Positions 1 through 15,400 of a stretch of DNA of 64,000 nucleotides are shown here, piece after piece. The notes under the pieces were generated by a model that saw nothing but the letters and a program-made list of their open reading frames with translations, searched no databases and was not told where the DNA came from. A program made the position numbers and the translations under genes. Position 1 is the first letter of the stretch. Every line of letters starts with the position of its first letter. This stretch comes from Ascidiella aspersa. Its lineage: Eukaryota. The stretch is taken from NCBI GenBank assembly GCA_963924565.1, contig OZ004611.1, positions 22,568,001 through 22,632,000 on the forward strand. The letters are read 5' to 3'.

Positions 1-425
1 AGCGAGCTCGATTGCGGCGAAAGTGCTCTTGAAACTCAATGACTCCCCTGGCGGGTTATTCACAAGCATGTGTACAAGTGTCGAGTATAGGCTACATGCG
101 AAAAATTCTTTTAAATAACAACAACAACGGCAATGCGCATTGCCGGTGGCATTTCTGTAGTTTTGGATTTGTTTGCAAGGAAAATCGCAGGGTTCCAATT
201 AGTGTAAATTGTTTTACGGATGTTATTGCAATTTTAATTTGTTTATCTTAGGTTCACGGTAATTGCGTTTAATCACTAATATTTATATATTTTTGACTTG
301 TGAAAACGTTTGATTAGCCTCGTAATTTCCATACAGCCAATGTAATTTTGTAGTGAATTTTGGACTGTGTTTTCAAAAATCTGCGGGTCTTCAAGCTGCT
401 AGAAAACTATTCAGTTTGTTGTGCG

Positions 426-3400
426 ATGGGAAGCGGATATGGAAGCATGATATTCCTAATGCTGATCTACTTAGCAGGTGAAATTAAATTGTTTTACTTT
501 TAATTAAATCATTTGGCCATGAAGCTCTGGCGTGTGATATATTTTTTGGTAGAACTCTGTATCTCGGTTATGGGGGCCAACAAAGTTAAGCCTTAAATTC
601 GACTGCAATTCAACGTTAAACATCAAGAGTTTTGCGTAGAGGAGTTCTAATAATTTACTTCATTTTACTGTAAACGAAAAACCATCGTATCGAAATGAAG
701 TGACGTGTAAACACTCTACTCTTATCGTGCTATATAATATGGCCGAATGAAAAAATGCAATTGTCAAACAACCGACAATGATATTTACATTATATATAAT
801 ATATCTCAAGTAAAAAGTATTACCTATAGTAGCTAAATCAAGTTCACCAACAATAAAATTTTATTTGTAGGCTATATGTAAATTAAAAAAATATGGCAAA
901 CAGTTAAATGTTGATAGGTTAGTTGGGTGTTTTTAACTATACTCATTGGATTTATAATATTTCCAAACCATTTAAATTTGAACTTAAACGGCTGACCGTT
1001 TATTGAGAAAATTTAAGATGCGCTTAACCGTATATTGGGTTAGTTTATATAGACAAACAGCAACACACTGTTTAGAGCAGGGGTTCTTAAACGGGGGTCC
1101 ATGGACCCCTTGGAGACTTCATTTAACTTTCACATTTCTTTGACCGGAAATAGCAGAGTTCTGAAGTATGATTGTATTGTGACGTAAATTTATGACGTCA
1201 TCTTTAAAACCTATTGCCGATACTGGTCCATGCGAAACCAAAAATTTCTTTAGGGATCCGCGGTAAAAAAAAGTTAAGAACCCCTGGTTTAGCGAGTGTG
1301 TCAAATAATGAATACTGCAAAAAAATATATACAGGTAGAACTGAGGGTCAGCAGCAAGTTGAATGCGGTGGCCCACTGAACAAGCTTCAAGGTTACATAG
1401 TGTCGCCTTTGTACCCGCAACAGCCATACCCCCACAATGTCGAGTGCGTATGGAACATGCCGTTTTCGCCGAGAGATCACGTCTCCGTAAGTTTACCATG
1501 AGACGTATCTTCAGTTATTTTTATAGCGATTTTGGAATTATCAGCTATTTGGGTCAAACTGGCCTAATGGGTAGCATTCAGTCTGAGTAACTATAGTAGG
1601 CAATAATAAAAGCATGAGTGCCGGTTGGATACCGAGTATAGTACCTTGTAAATTTTTCAAAGTAGATATATCTTTAAGTGTAATAACATAAAAAAACAAG
1701 TTCAAGAACAGGTAGTATAAGGCAACACAAACAATATATAGAAGCAGCTAACAAGACAAACCCTGCTGTTAACACTTTATAAACCGTAGGGTCGAGTGAG
1801 ATAAATCTAAGTGTCAGTTATTTGGTGCGATTACTGCTAGTTAACATTTAACCTTTGCATATTATTCAAATATTTCACGCTCCTTTAAGTGCGATATTAA
1901 ATTAAATATTGCTGTGGCTGTATGCTGTTTGCTTTTTAAAAGTCAGCAAAACACTTTTTTATCAATGAAATACTATAAAGAGATAATGTACTGCAGAAAA
2001 TAAAATTCTTGCATTTTATCAAATCAATATTGCTTCAAAGCAAAAAAATATTTTATTAATGTAAACAAGCTAAAAGCTCTGTGCTTTATCCGTAGTGAAG
2101 GAGAAGGCAACGTCCTGGAGCTGTAGTAACTTATATCACGGCCCTTTAACTTTTTGCAGTTAAACGCCTTGAACAATTTAATAACCACAAAGAACAAATG
2201 AGAAAAACATCTAATAATGAAAGAAGTTATATTGGATTTTTAAAAAAAGTGCGGTTTTATATAGGCCAGGATGCCGCGACTTCCTGATTGATAGCCATTG
2301 AAAAGCAACAACATTGGTGAAGATAATTAGACAATATATATAGTCTGCACTAACTACAAAAAAATGTAGCCTGCATTATTACAACAATCATAGCATCACC
2401 CGTTCTTGCATATAGCCTACATCAGGGTGGTCCAAACCCAGGAGCACTGTTGAATTATGGCAATACGTAGGCTCCCGTTGACTGTTTAGTCAAAGAAATC
2501 TAAGTGACAAATGAACAGTAAGAATACTGCAATTTTTTGGTCATGATTACATTTTTCCAGTAATACCATGAAATAGACCAGATTCCTATCGCCCACCAAA
2601 TTCGCAGCAGGGAGTAGCAAGGACGCCTAATTTTGGTATGTGTTATAACTAATGACCGGTTTGAGCCGCAGTGCGTCTTATACGAACTTTTCTAAAAATG
2701 TGGTTTTCAATGTGACTTTAGCCTAACGCGCTGACCCATTCCAAGATCAAATTTGAGCTAAATTAATAATTTTTTTGTTTCCGTGAACATTCTACGCTTA
2801 TAAAATGCTGTCTTCTAACTGAAAAGTTTTGTCCAATACGTAAAATTTTTGCGCGCACCATTTTCCACAGTCTCATAACCTACGATTTCATTGCGCACAA
2901 GTTCGACGATAGTATTAAGTTTGTGAAACTTGTATGTCTTGGACGATTATTTGTGACGTCGATTTTTAAACATTTCAGGCCCTCGTACGGATGTAACCTC
3001 ATGTTTGTGGCCCGCAAAAAATATGCAAGAAATATTGTGGCTCGCGATGCTGTAAGCCTTGGACCACCCTGGCCTACATTAATCAAGCTGCCATGTGTTT
3101 ATCACGTGTCCATATGGCAGTGGTTTTCAACCGGAGTGCCATTTCTAATGCTCAAGGGTGCCGAAAGTTATTTGAAGATCTTAAAGAATCTGATTTTTGC
3201 TTAACTCTTATAACTCTTTGTGTAAGATTAGAGTGGAAACTCATGTGAATAAAACTCCCATTATAACTTCCTTACGTTGTGTACAGTTGATGTGTGTTGT
3301 TCCACTTCCGTTTATTGTGACATTCTAGTGAACTACCTACAGAAAAATATTTTAGGGGTGCCGCAATCTATTTATTATTTCTGAGGGAGGGGTGCCGCTA

Positions 3401-6400
3401 GCCATAAAGGGATGAGAAACACTGGCATGTGGGAACAAAATGCAGATCCCAATAGGAGTCCACACCATATGCGGCAGCTGAACAAACATTCTTCTTTATT
3501 TTAGTTCACGGTGCGAGCCATAAACATGGAGAACGGCGGTTCCTGTCTCAAGGATTCCATCACATTTGGTTTCTACGGAAAGGAGCCTATTAAAATCTGC
3601 GGACGTGCAGCGCCGCGTCGACCTGTCTCCGGGGCCGCCCCCGTCAAAATCACTTTCGTCAGCGACGAGGGTAACGCGAACAACGAAAAGCTGCGAGGAT
3701 TCTACATTACTTATCAAGGTAGATTCATTTTAGTTGTTAGCTTGATGACTCAGAGATAAATGCGAAGCTTTTTGGACTGCTGTGGAATACCGGTACCATC
3801 AAAGCCTGTCATTTTATAAGATTAAAAAATTCCATGTAGATTGTGACCATCCTGGGTGATTTTATAAGAGTTTCACATTTTTTGAGTCTCTTCAATCGTC
3901 GATTTAGCATACAGGCTAACCGTACAGTGAACAACATGCCAATCTTGGAGCATACAAATCTTTGCCATCCTCATTCTTATAAGAACAAATAAAAAAAAAT
4001 CTTTAAGTATATACTTTACGGTCACGATTAAACACCAGCAACTATAAATCAAAAGATTTAATATATGAAAAGCAAAAAAATGCTCCATCACTTTTGTGTA
4101 ACAAGGGGTTCCAAACAGGGTTAGATGTACTGTTTGGGATGAACTTGGTTTTAAAAAGCTAGCGGAACGGACAACTTGAAGACGAAAAATGTTGAGATAG
4201 ATTGTTTGAAGAAATGTGTGTTTTAGTAACACAGAGGGTGCTACAACCGTTCAGCCCGTGTGCATCGAATCCGTGCCAGAACGGGGGTGCTTGCTCCCCT
4301 GCCCGCTACGACTACGTGTGCAAGTGCCCCGAGGGATTTCAAGGAAAGAACTGCGAAGAAGTGGTGGAGTCCAGTAAGTGTATATGAGACTAGTTTGTGT
4401 GTGTGACGTTAGACCAGCGGCCGAGAACCTATGGCTCGCGAGCCAAATATGGCTCTTTTGATGACACCATATGGCTCGATGGTGAGGAAATTTTGCCCGC
4501 ACTAAATCATAATTATCATTCTAGCCTGATGTGAATAAAACTGCACGCGGCCATGGCCCCTTTTCAAACTGCATTTTTCTTTTTTTTTAAACAAGACGAG
4601 TAGAAATTTTTTCAGCGCTTTGCGCGAATCCTATCTGTCTTTTGGTAGCTTTTAGTCCGTTTAACGGAATCTCTTATTGTTCCAAAGGTTATGTTAGTAA
4701 CGCGGCATTCTGTAATTAAAGTTTTTTAAACTTAGAATTCTTTTTCGCGCTTCATATGCCCTTTTTTTTTAAATAAGAACAGAACAACAACCAGCACTAT
4801 TTAAAGCACTATTTTGTTTCAAGATAAAAACTATATGTTGAAATATGCTAGACGACTCCCAACGAAATACAACCAGAAGTATTCCGTTTTTATGGTTTTA
4901 TTCAAGAAAAAAAGGTTACCGACCCCTGCGTTAGACTTTAAACGTATATTTATATAAGGCGTTTGGTTTGATCATATATGCACTACATCTTTCCACACAT
5001 GGTCAGTTCACAAGTTTTGCGCAACCCGCTGACGCCTTTTTGTTTCAGCGCAAAATATGTCTGAAATCCAATTCTCAGTTTCTAAATAAATTCGCGGTCG
5101 TGCCGCTTGCTACTAAAACAAGGTATAGGTTTTTGAGAAACCTAATCTATCAAGATGAGTTCGTAAGTGTTTAAATAGTTAAGCTGTCCACTAATCTGCT
5201 GTAAGGCTACACATCCCACAATGATTTAACTTGTCGGTTAGGTTTGTACTTAACTGTTTTTACAAAGCACGATCCCAAAACTATATACTGAGATACATAT
5301 AGTGTTTCCTAACTTGGTAAAGGCTGCCTTAACTGATATTGCGTTGACTTCAAAGGTGCCCAGGACTATTGCGACCCTAATCCCTGCGTAAACGAAGGGA
5401 CATGTACGGACACCGGAAGTGGTTTCACCTGTTCATGTGCACCAGGCTGGACGGCAGAAACTTGCAATACAGGTAAGTGTCTTTTTTAACAATCAACGCT
5501 AATATATGGATGCCATCTATATATAATATAATATCGTTTGTAAGGTTTTTGCAAGACGTTTGTACTTTTTGGGGCTGTATTTCACCAGGTACTTTCAATT
5601 TTCCACAATTACAAATAGTCTCGATTTAGAAACCAACTAACTAGCTTGATAACCTGAAAGGCATTGTATAGTAGGCTACTCAAATAGTTTATACGAAACT
5701 TTGAAGTCTAAGTATGTTTATTGGTAAGGATAAATTTTTTAACTCAATTTTTATATTTTAACACAATAGACAGGATATTAAACCAATTTTGTTTTCAAAT
5801 ATGCTGCACCTAAAATGTTGACCTGTTTGTATACCAATTTTCATTTTTTAAGGTAGGATATAGTTTTTTAATGGTCCCGTTAATAAACAACAGTTTATTT
5901 TCATTTTTTGGCGGATATAAGTTTTTTTAAGGTCGCTTGTATACAATTTTGTTTGTGGGCAGAAAATGATATATGTGATGTATTATACTAATAGTAGCCT
6001 ATAGTAGGCCTGCATGCTAAAAGTAATGCTGTTTTCATTAGTTATCAACTATACAAAACCTTCGAATATAGAGGTTGGCGTATGTCAATATTTGGACGAG
6101 ATACATCTCTACTATATACTTATGTTGACGCGATATATAAAATATTGCAGAGAAATGTTTGTCTAATTTTTTGAGTTTACAACAATTGTAATTTTGCAGA
6201 CATCGATGAATGCGCGTCTGATCCATGCCAAAACGGTGCTACTTGCGAGAACGGGGCAAACGCTTTCACGTGTTCTTGTGCCGGGGGATACACAGGAGAC
6301 ACTTGTGAAGCAGGTAGATTACCACAGAACCAATAAAACTACTTCAGTCAATTAGTATACGACTTGGTAAAAACATAGGCATTTTGCCTTGTTATCATCT

Positions 6401-9400
6401 CCAAGGCTGGCACTTTATAAAATTATCTTGTTTGGTGTCACGAAATGGAATTTAAGCAGACAGAACCTTCAGTGTGTTTTTCCGTAAGCTATACTTAAAT
6501 ATTATAATTTCCGCTATCGTAAATGGCAACTGAATCGAGTTCTGGCTGGACATGGGTTCACAACGTTTTACAACTCCAAACCAGGTTGTAGTTGGGAATC
6601 GGGACTCGAGTAAGACCACGTAAGACTATAGCGAAGTCTCGAGTCCGACGTGCGCATGGGCAGTACCAAATTTCGAAACCGATAAGGCGTCAAACTGTAA
6701 TAGTGTGGTGGCATTGCTGGAATATTTTTCAACCATGTATTGTGGGTAGATGAGGCTATATGACACCCATATGAGTAGATGGCTAAATATCCACCTAAAT
6801 TTAATTACGTAAATGGGTGAAATACAGAGTTTAAGAGTCGGAGCCGGACTCGGGATTTGACGAAACCGACCATTTGGCTGGAGTCGAGTTAGACTCTGTT
6901 TTTTCGGCCGAGGTCGGACTCGCAAAATTAGAATATAGTGAAAAAAAGTTTCGGCTTCGGTGTACTGTATAGTGTATAGGCATTATTTCCTAATTGTGTT
7001 TATCGTTGTTTTGCGTATTTCGATAGTAAGTGTTCGAAAAACATTTAAACCTTTTTAGTGTTTTCGCAACAACAAAAAGGCTATACTATACAAAGCTTGT
7101 CCATAAACGGCGATAAACAAAAAACACATAGAACTATAGAACTGTGTCTTAGACAAAAAAGTGGCAAGCGTTCGCTCGAAATCACGTGAAAGATGGACAT
7201 CATGTTACTATAGGCCTACTAACCAGCAAAGGGTAACTGACGACAACACGTTCTGTAATTATTCCTCTCAGACATAGACGAATGCGAATCCAACCCGTGT
7301 TTAAACGAGGGAGAATGTACCAACGATGTGAACAAGTTTTCTTGCACTTGCAAAGACGGGTGGACGGGAGAGACGTGCAACGAAGGTAACAGCCTTAAGT
7401 TACATCTGTATAACATAAATTGGCCTTAATTGTAAAATAGTGTTGTTTCGGCAAATATTTTTACCTGAATGTACCGACGCTTCACGAGGGCCATGATATT
7501 GCAACTAGGCGAAAAATATATATAGAAGTCAGCAATATATAGCAGTTATTTGTTGTTTGACTGCTATATGTATTTTTCGCCAAGTTGCAAGATGAAACAA
7601 ACCTTGCGTGTACAATTGATTCAAAGCCTGGCAGCAACATTATATTCATAAATTGGCCGGGCGTGACTTAACGCAGCTGTTAACCAATTTGTACAACAGG
7701 AGCAGTCCTTGAAACGTTGTTTGTGAGTTATTTTAATGAAAGGGATTAAGTGGCAACAAGGACACTTTTAACGCTACCAACCTGTGTAGTCGCCTGTAAG
7801 TTGTAACTAATGATTAAAAATGTGAATAGGAATCTATATTAAAAATATTTTCTTAAAGATTTGTTGTTATTATGCTTTGTACATGGCAACGTTTAATTAG
7901 TTTACTTATATTTATGAGCAAAACGGCATCTTGCTTGTATTTTATAAACGTTTGCCCCGATTGGTTCATTCAAGCTGCTTGTAATATTCCAGCAAAGTTT
8001 TTTTTTTAAGTTTTAGTACATTTTTTTCGGATCAGCAGTTTAGCAATGTTTCGTTAACCTTGCTAAACGAACTCCAAAAGTGTCCAGATTTTTGTGTTGT
8101 TTGCGTTTGACACGAGGCACATGTGGCCGTTATGCGACAAAAGGTATCGACGAATGTGTCTCCGAGCCTTGTCTGAACGGAGGCGCTTGCACCGACGGGG
8201 ATAACATGTTTACCTGCGCTTGTTTGGAAGGCTGGATCGGCGACACTTGCGAAACCAGTAAGAAGTCGCTCGCTAGCTTGCTTGCTTGACTACCTGATCG
8301 ACTGCAATATGTACAACCGCTGCTTTGGTTAATAGTTTATGACAACTCAGCAACAGGCTAATATATAGGCTATAAGAAGGCGATTCGGGCGTTTTTTAGC
8401 AAGACCGACATGCTTTTTGAAACAGCATTTTTTTACATTTTGTACACAAATTTCAAATAAACAACTCTAGTTAGGCTTAAGCCAGCATAAAGGAACCTTT
8501 TGTAATTTTTTTTTAAATTTTTTGCACTGGCAAAATAAAGGAAGAAACTAAAGATATGATGTAGGTTAAATAAAAAGCACATAAAGATGTTATGCAGGTT
8601 GCGAACAACCTTTGGTATTCGGTCCTAGTCTGACACAACGTTTTATTTTTGCTAAAAAATATTCATTATTAAATATTGCCCTATATGGGGTTGACGTTCA
8701 TGTTTAATACAAAATGTCTTTTACGATATAAAAAAATCAATTATATTTTTTTATATGATTTTTATGAAAAATTATGTTGGGTTTGCGAATCACTATACGG
8801 GGCCATAAAAATTCCAGACCATGCCATCAGCACATTTAACAACCTCAACAAAGTCAACAGCTTATTTAAACCAAAATAAAACTTCCGTGATTGTAGAAGA
8901 AGAAGTAAACGAATGTGAATCGGATCCGTGTCAAAACGGAGGCACATGCGAGGACGGAGACGGGGCGTTTACGTGCGTTTGCACGCCGGAATGGACGGGC
9001 GATACGTGCGAAGAGGGTAACTATGCGCATTCACAGAGGCTTGCAGCATTATGACGTCACATTGTGTTACATCATTCACATGTTCAGTAATTAGCTTTAT
9101 GCTTGCAAAGCTGACTAAGAATAGTAAGCCTAATAGGTTCTACTTGCATGTGTTTTGTTGCTGCTTCTTCTGGCTTTGCATGCTGTTTGAATGCATTTTT
9201 CGCTGAATTCGCTTTTATATATTAAATATAAGCTGAAGGCAAGCATGATTTGTAGATAAAGTAAGGCGTTAACAATTTAACATCGCTACCAGCTTGCTAT
9301 TAGATTCTGCTTATTCAATAAAGCTGGTCGTGTTATTATCAAAATCTGACTTGGAATTTAAAATTGTAAAGTTCGATAAAATATATTACACCAGTTGTCA

Positions 9401-12400
9401 AGTGGTAGTGGGTACTCGTATGTAAGGATAAACTGAGTTTGCGGAACTTGGACTGATTGCTTCGGATGAATTTTTTTTACAAGGATTGTAAAAATGGTGG
9501 ATTCTGCTAAATATCGATATGACTCCAATTTCTTCCGCGTTAAAAGATTAACCACCGTTCTAGATTATACGTATTTATTGAATAACAACCAAACGGCAAT
9601 CAACTTACAGCAACAGAGTAATATCAATTTTTTGTAAACTAAAAAACAGTTATATTAAACAGGTGACTAATTTCGGTTTGTAGTCGACAACTTCAACCAA
9701 CAATATTTTTTTCCTAAGGTTGTCATTGAAAATATGACAACTGGTAGACATTAAATTCTTGCATTAAGCTAAGTTCGCTCACTTTCTCAGTGAGTTTTGG
9801 AAAAGTCATCAAAACTGCACAAAATGAAAATATGAAAATGGGAATTTTGCCAGTTTTAAACAACTTATTAAAGATAGTTCACTTTCATATTACCATTTTA
9901 ATTCAAATAGGGACACCCAATATACATTAAATCAAACTATATATATATTTGTTTGATAAACAAATTACCGAAAAAACACAAAAACAACCGTGCTATCGCC
10001 AGTTCTGTTGTTTGCTTTTGTAAGAAGTAGCCTAAATCGTTTTACAGCAAGGCTATAAGGCGAATGATAATTTTAGATCATTCAGCGCTGCAAATCGGTT
10101 GCTTTTAATGGTTTGTTTAATGGATTTCATCAATCGAACAGTGCTTTAGTTCAAGCTCGTGGTTTTCACACCACAACAAATTGCTTGTATTGTATTTCTA
10201 ACCTTTAAGCGGCAACGGAGACATGCTTTTTTGGATGATGATGCTGCATCGTGTAGCAGCCTTCTTAAACCTTGAAGTTAAAGTACAATCAGGCTGGCTT
10301 GTAGTTAAATGTAACTTTAGAAGTTTGACGACAAGGCGGTTTCGAAAGATTTTATTGCAGAGGTGGAAATTAACGAGTGTGATTCCAACCCTTGTCAAAA
10401 TGGCGGGACATGTCAGGATGGAGAGAAGGCCTTCACTTGCGTGTGCGCAGAACTGTGGACTGGACAGACTTGCGAAACGAGTAAGATGACACTTGCTTGC
10501 TTTCTAAAACGCTTGCCTGCTCGACAATTATTAGCAAACTGTTGGACACTTCACTCGCAAAGATACCTCTTTCTTGATATGGTAAAACAAGTTTTGTGGT
10601 AGGAGTCGACAAAAACATTCAATTCAATTGTTTGTTTTTTATTCAATTTATTGTAACAAATCAGAGAAAGAGAAAAGGTGTGCAATGGTGCGACCTTTGT
10701 ACTGAACTACGCACTGTTGAATGTTTAAAATTAACTTAAAAACCTTGATCCCAAAATATCTACAATGTACATAACACAGCATTGCAAACTCAAAAATGTA
10801 ATTTTTAGCGCTGTGTGTTGCTTCACGTATTTTGTTATTGAAGATATTTTCGAGCAATTGCTCACCAGTAATCAAATGAATTTAGACTTATAGTGCTTTG
10901 CCGGATTTTTTTTTCAAAAAGCTTTAGATATTGCTTGTTTAAGTGATGGAAAAATCTGTTCAACCGTGAAAAATCAGTACAGCTATGTTACCGGGTTAAA
11001 GCCTGCCAAATACAAACATTCATTCATCTTTTACTGTGGATTGCAGAGGTTGAAATTAACGAGTGCGACTCGAACCCTTGCAAAAACGACGGCAGTTGTA
11101 CGGACGGGGACAACAAGTTCACGTGTCACTGTGTGACCGGATGGACCGGGGATACGTGTGAAGAAAGTATAACATTTAACAATTCTGCTCTCATCTGCTG
11201 CGTTTAAGGGCTGTATTTGTACGTTGCATCACCATTGCTTCATATGGCAATTTCAACAAAAGGCACAGTAAATGCTTGCAAGCGCCGTTCTGCTTATACT
11301 TGATAATTCTCTATTCAATTGGAAATAACAACGAATGCAATAAAAAATGCTTGCAAGTATCTTTAACGCCGTTTTGCTTATACTTGATGATTTTCCATGC
11401 AAGCTGGACTGTAAGCCCCCAGGAAAGTTTGCAATAAAACTTTAGCTAACATACATGCTCATAGCGAATTGCTTTTAGGGTGTAAGCTTGTGAAGTTTAG
11501 GCTTTCCGGAAAACTTGCATTACTCACCGCTGAAACACTAAGCAGAGCTTATCGGAGCACAACGCATTCACCAATTTTACTTTGGCAGGTATATTTTCTG
11601 ATTCAGTGCTTTTTAATCTAGATGCCGCAACATGACAGTGCAATTTTACTGTACACGCAGCTATATACTCTTTGGTCGCTTTAACAACTTGGCTTAGCGT
11701 TTGGTAAACGAAACAGTCGTACAACCGTAGCGGCTGTTAGTCGTTTCAAGGCTTGCATTTCGTAGTTTGCAAAACTCGTCTGTTTCTATTCTATGAGTCA
11801 AACTTTCAGATGGCAGTCGCAGAAAAGCATTAAATTTGGTTTGATGTTTCATCTGACACGTTGCTTGCTTATCTGTCTCCAAGCTAGAGTGCGTAGATGA
11901 AAAGCTGAATCACTGTTTTACGTAAATACAGCTTTAAATATATCGTTAATACATGAGTCGACACAATGTATCCCGGTGTAATAAATACATGCATAGAGGT
12001 GGACAGCTGCCTGTCTGAGCCGTGCAAGAACGGCGGAACCTGTTCCAGCACCGCGGACGGTAGCTTTTCGTGCAAGTGCGCCAGCGGCTGGGCAGGAATC
12101 ACTTGTCTAGTGGAGGAAGGTAACATTTCTTTCGCGAAAAATACACGTCTATTGTTTAAATCAGGGTATTTCTTAAGCTGTAAGTATATAAATAATTCAA
12201 TAATACACCGAAAGCCATCAAAGACTCACTGATTCTGTCGATCAATGATACAAGCAGGGCAGGCTACAAAAACAACAATAACCTGCAGCGAGGTTCGAAC
12301 TGTGATCTAGCCCTTCTAAAGTTGCTTTTTGACCAAATAGCACGGCTTACGTATCATTAGTATTACCCCAATAGGGCTGATTTGGTATTTTTTGTCGCGC

Positions 12401-15400
12401 ACTACCTGTTGTTTTTAACTGTCATTCAATTTCATACCGCGAAAAAATAAACCAATTTGATTCAGTTTATTAAAGTTATTAAATTATAAACATGAAACCT
12501 CTTTCCAACCGCTATAGCCAGTCGCAAATTAATATTACACGCTTAGTGTTCCGAAACTCAACAAACATTGCATACCCAACAGCTACTGACTTACCACCAG
12601 TGGTGAGCGTATGACAGGATGAGAACCACTATTTTTCGTTTGTAAAACCTGCAATGATAAAAGTAATTCCGCGCAGAGGTCGAGGACTACTGCTCACCCA
12701 ACCCGTGCAGAAATGGTGGGATTTGCAGCAACAAGGACGACGACTTCGAGTGCAAGTGCTCGGGCGGATTTCGCGGAAGAACCTGTACACAAGGTGAGTG
12801 ATAATAGCGGATAAAACACGTCCGACAAAAGCACTCACCGACAGCCAAAAGGTTTTAGGCTTCTGAGCAAAGTTATGTAATCTATAGCAGTGGTTTTCAA
12901 CGCATGGGTCGCGACCCAAAGTTGGGTCGCCTGAAATAGTTTTTGGGTCGTTTGTTTTTAGGCATAACATTTCTTGGACGAAAAGATTACAATAAAAAAG
13001 TTTTAAAACATGAAGAGATCTCAAAACTGGAAATTTAAATAGAAGTCACGAAGCGTTTTATGTCGAGACATCGGAAAGCTTTCTAGCATGTTCGTAGTGC
13101 AATAACATTTAACAGTTTTCCTTTTAATTATTGTTATTATAATAATATTTTTATTATTTTTATTGCTGAGTGACCTATATTTCAATTAATTATTAGGCTT
13201 ACAAAAAATGGCAAAAGATCATACAATAAAAATGGTAGTTAAAGCCGACATGCGGCTATGCCCAAAAACTCATTGACAGCAAGCGAGCACAGCTATCTCA
13301 TTAGTGATTTATTAAATATATTATTTTCGAAAAAATTTACTGCTTTTCTAGTGCAGTTTGTTTGTAACGCAATCTTGTAATGCTTTTAAAATGTTACGAA
13401 AATTTGCTTGGGTCGCAAGATTTTGCCGAACGGAAGTTTTCTTATAAAATGGGTCGCCTTAAAAACGTGTTGGGAACCACTGATCTATAGGATATAACAC
13501 CAATGGTTTTCCAGCCGTTTGTAGACCCTTTAAAAAACAGGCTTACGGAACCTCATTTTAACACAAGGGACCCTCACAAATAATTTTGCAAAACTAGGCT
13601 TTATTGATAAATACTCGAGAAAAGTGGAATAATGTGGTTGAACGGCCTAAACATAAATGTTATATATCCAAAAAAAATTGTTTCGCATAAAAAAAATTTG
13701 TCAATTCTTAATGCATTCGCACAGATCTCTCGGGGGTCCGTGGACCTTGGTTGGGAGCCACTGATATAAACGAGCCTTTATTTTGCAATTATGTGTTATC
13801 CGCTTCCATTGAATGTACGTAAACGTCTTATTGCCTACCTGAATGTTATACTCGTAACCAGCCGCATTTCGTGTTGTCGTGTTTAGTGATCCATTAGCTG
13901 TAATAATTTACATGGATGCCAATCCTTGATGAAGCTAGATTCAGATTACCACTTTAAAATGTCTCATAGAAAATCAAATCTTAAAAGTAAAAAAGTCTTT
14001 AAACCAAGTCAAGACTCGATAATACAACATAGGTTTTTTATGTCTCACTCGAATTTGTTTGACTTTATAACACTGAGGACTTTATAACACTGAGACCAAT
14101 AACTCTCTTGCTCTAAAAAATACCGATAAGTATTAAACGAGCCAGAAAGCAGAGCCCCTAAAATAGGCGCGCATTGCAGATGTGGACGAGTGTACTTCCA
14201 ACCCGTGCCTAAATGGCGGGGAATGTCAAAACAAGATCAACTCGTACCAGTGCCGATGCAAAGATGGCTTTGAAGGCTCCCGCTGTGAGAATGCGGTTCA
14301 AAAAGAAGAAGGTAAAAGTGTTTATTTGGGGTTTGGTTTAATATTTGTAAGTGAGGCGCCAGACGTAAAATCCATTCCCAGTTGTAAACCCTCTGTCAAC
14401 AAACTTAAATAAGACAGCAGAAACTCAACTTAAAACAACATTTAGTCAAAGCTTCCGGAAGGAGGTTATTTTCGTTTACGCCATTTGTTGTAAAATGACC
14501 AACTTTGTTACAGTTAAGCTATGTCCGGAATATATAGTTGGCAACTGTTACCAGTAAAGCAGATATATAGATGTTTACCTTGCGAAGACATTTTAAATAT
14601 TGAAGCCTAAATTAAATTATGCATTAGTTGAAAACGCCAAAAATATTATTGTTTTCAAAAGTCGTTTTTTTCTATATGTGTTGGACACGGACAAAACGCC
14701 TCAAAAAATAATAAGTTTTAAAGAGCCAACGATATTGTATTTTCAAAAATTCGTTTTTTCGATGTTACGTTGGACAAGAACATATGAATTAAATATATGT
14801 AAACACGGAGACTTCGCGCACAAAATTTATCAGTTTGAAAAACCAACAATATTGTTTTTCCACACGCGTTGGACTCGAAAATCACATTAATTATACGTAA
14901 ACACACGGACAAGTCGGCCCCAACTTTTAACAATGAATTGTTTCTGACAGAAGTGGCGTCGGATCCGGACGATATATGTAACCCCAATCCTTGCCACAAC
15001 GAAGGAGAGTGCCTAGACCTTGGAGACGGGATACCATTTTGCTTGTGTCACGATGGATTCGAGGGCGATCTATGCGAAGAAGGTTTTGCGTCTGCCGCGA
15101 ACAGTAAAATGAAGGTGGCGTGGTCGGCAAAATGCGTCACCATTTTGCTGTGGTTAGAACTGGCGGTGTGTCATTCAAAGGCAAGCATTCTTTGCTGGAT
15201 ATACGAGAACCTCTATACATTTTGTTGTTGCCCTCCGAAAGTAGCGGCAAATTTGTGCGAAGTCTGTTGTTAATCTTTCACAAATATTTCTACGCGTTCA
15301 AGTTAATTTCTTAGTAATCTTTAATTATATATTTTATATAATTATATATATTTCAGTGTTGCTTCAATGACTATAAATCTATTAATCGCTGTGAGAATGT

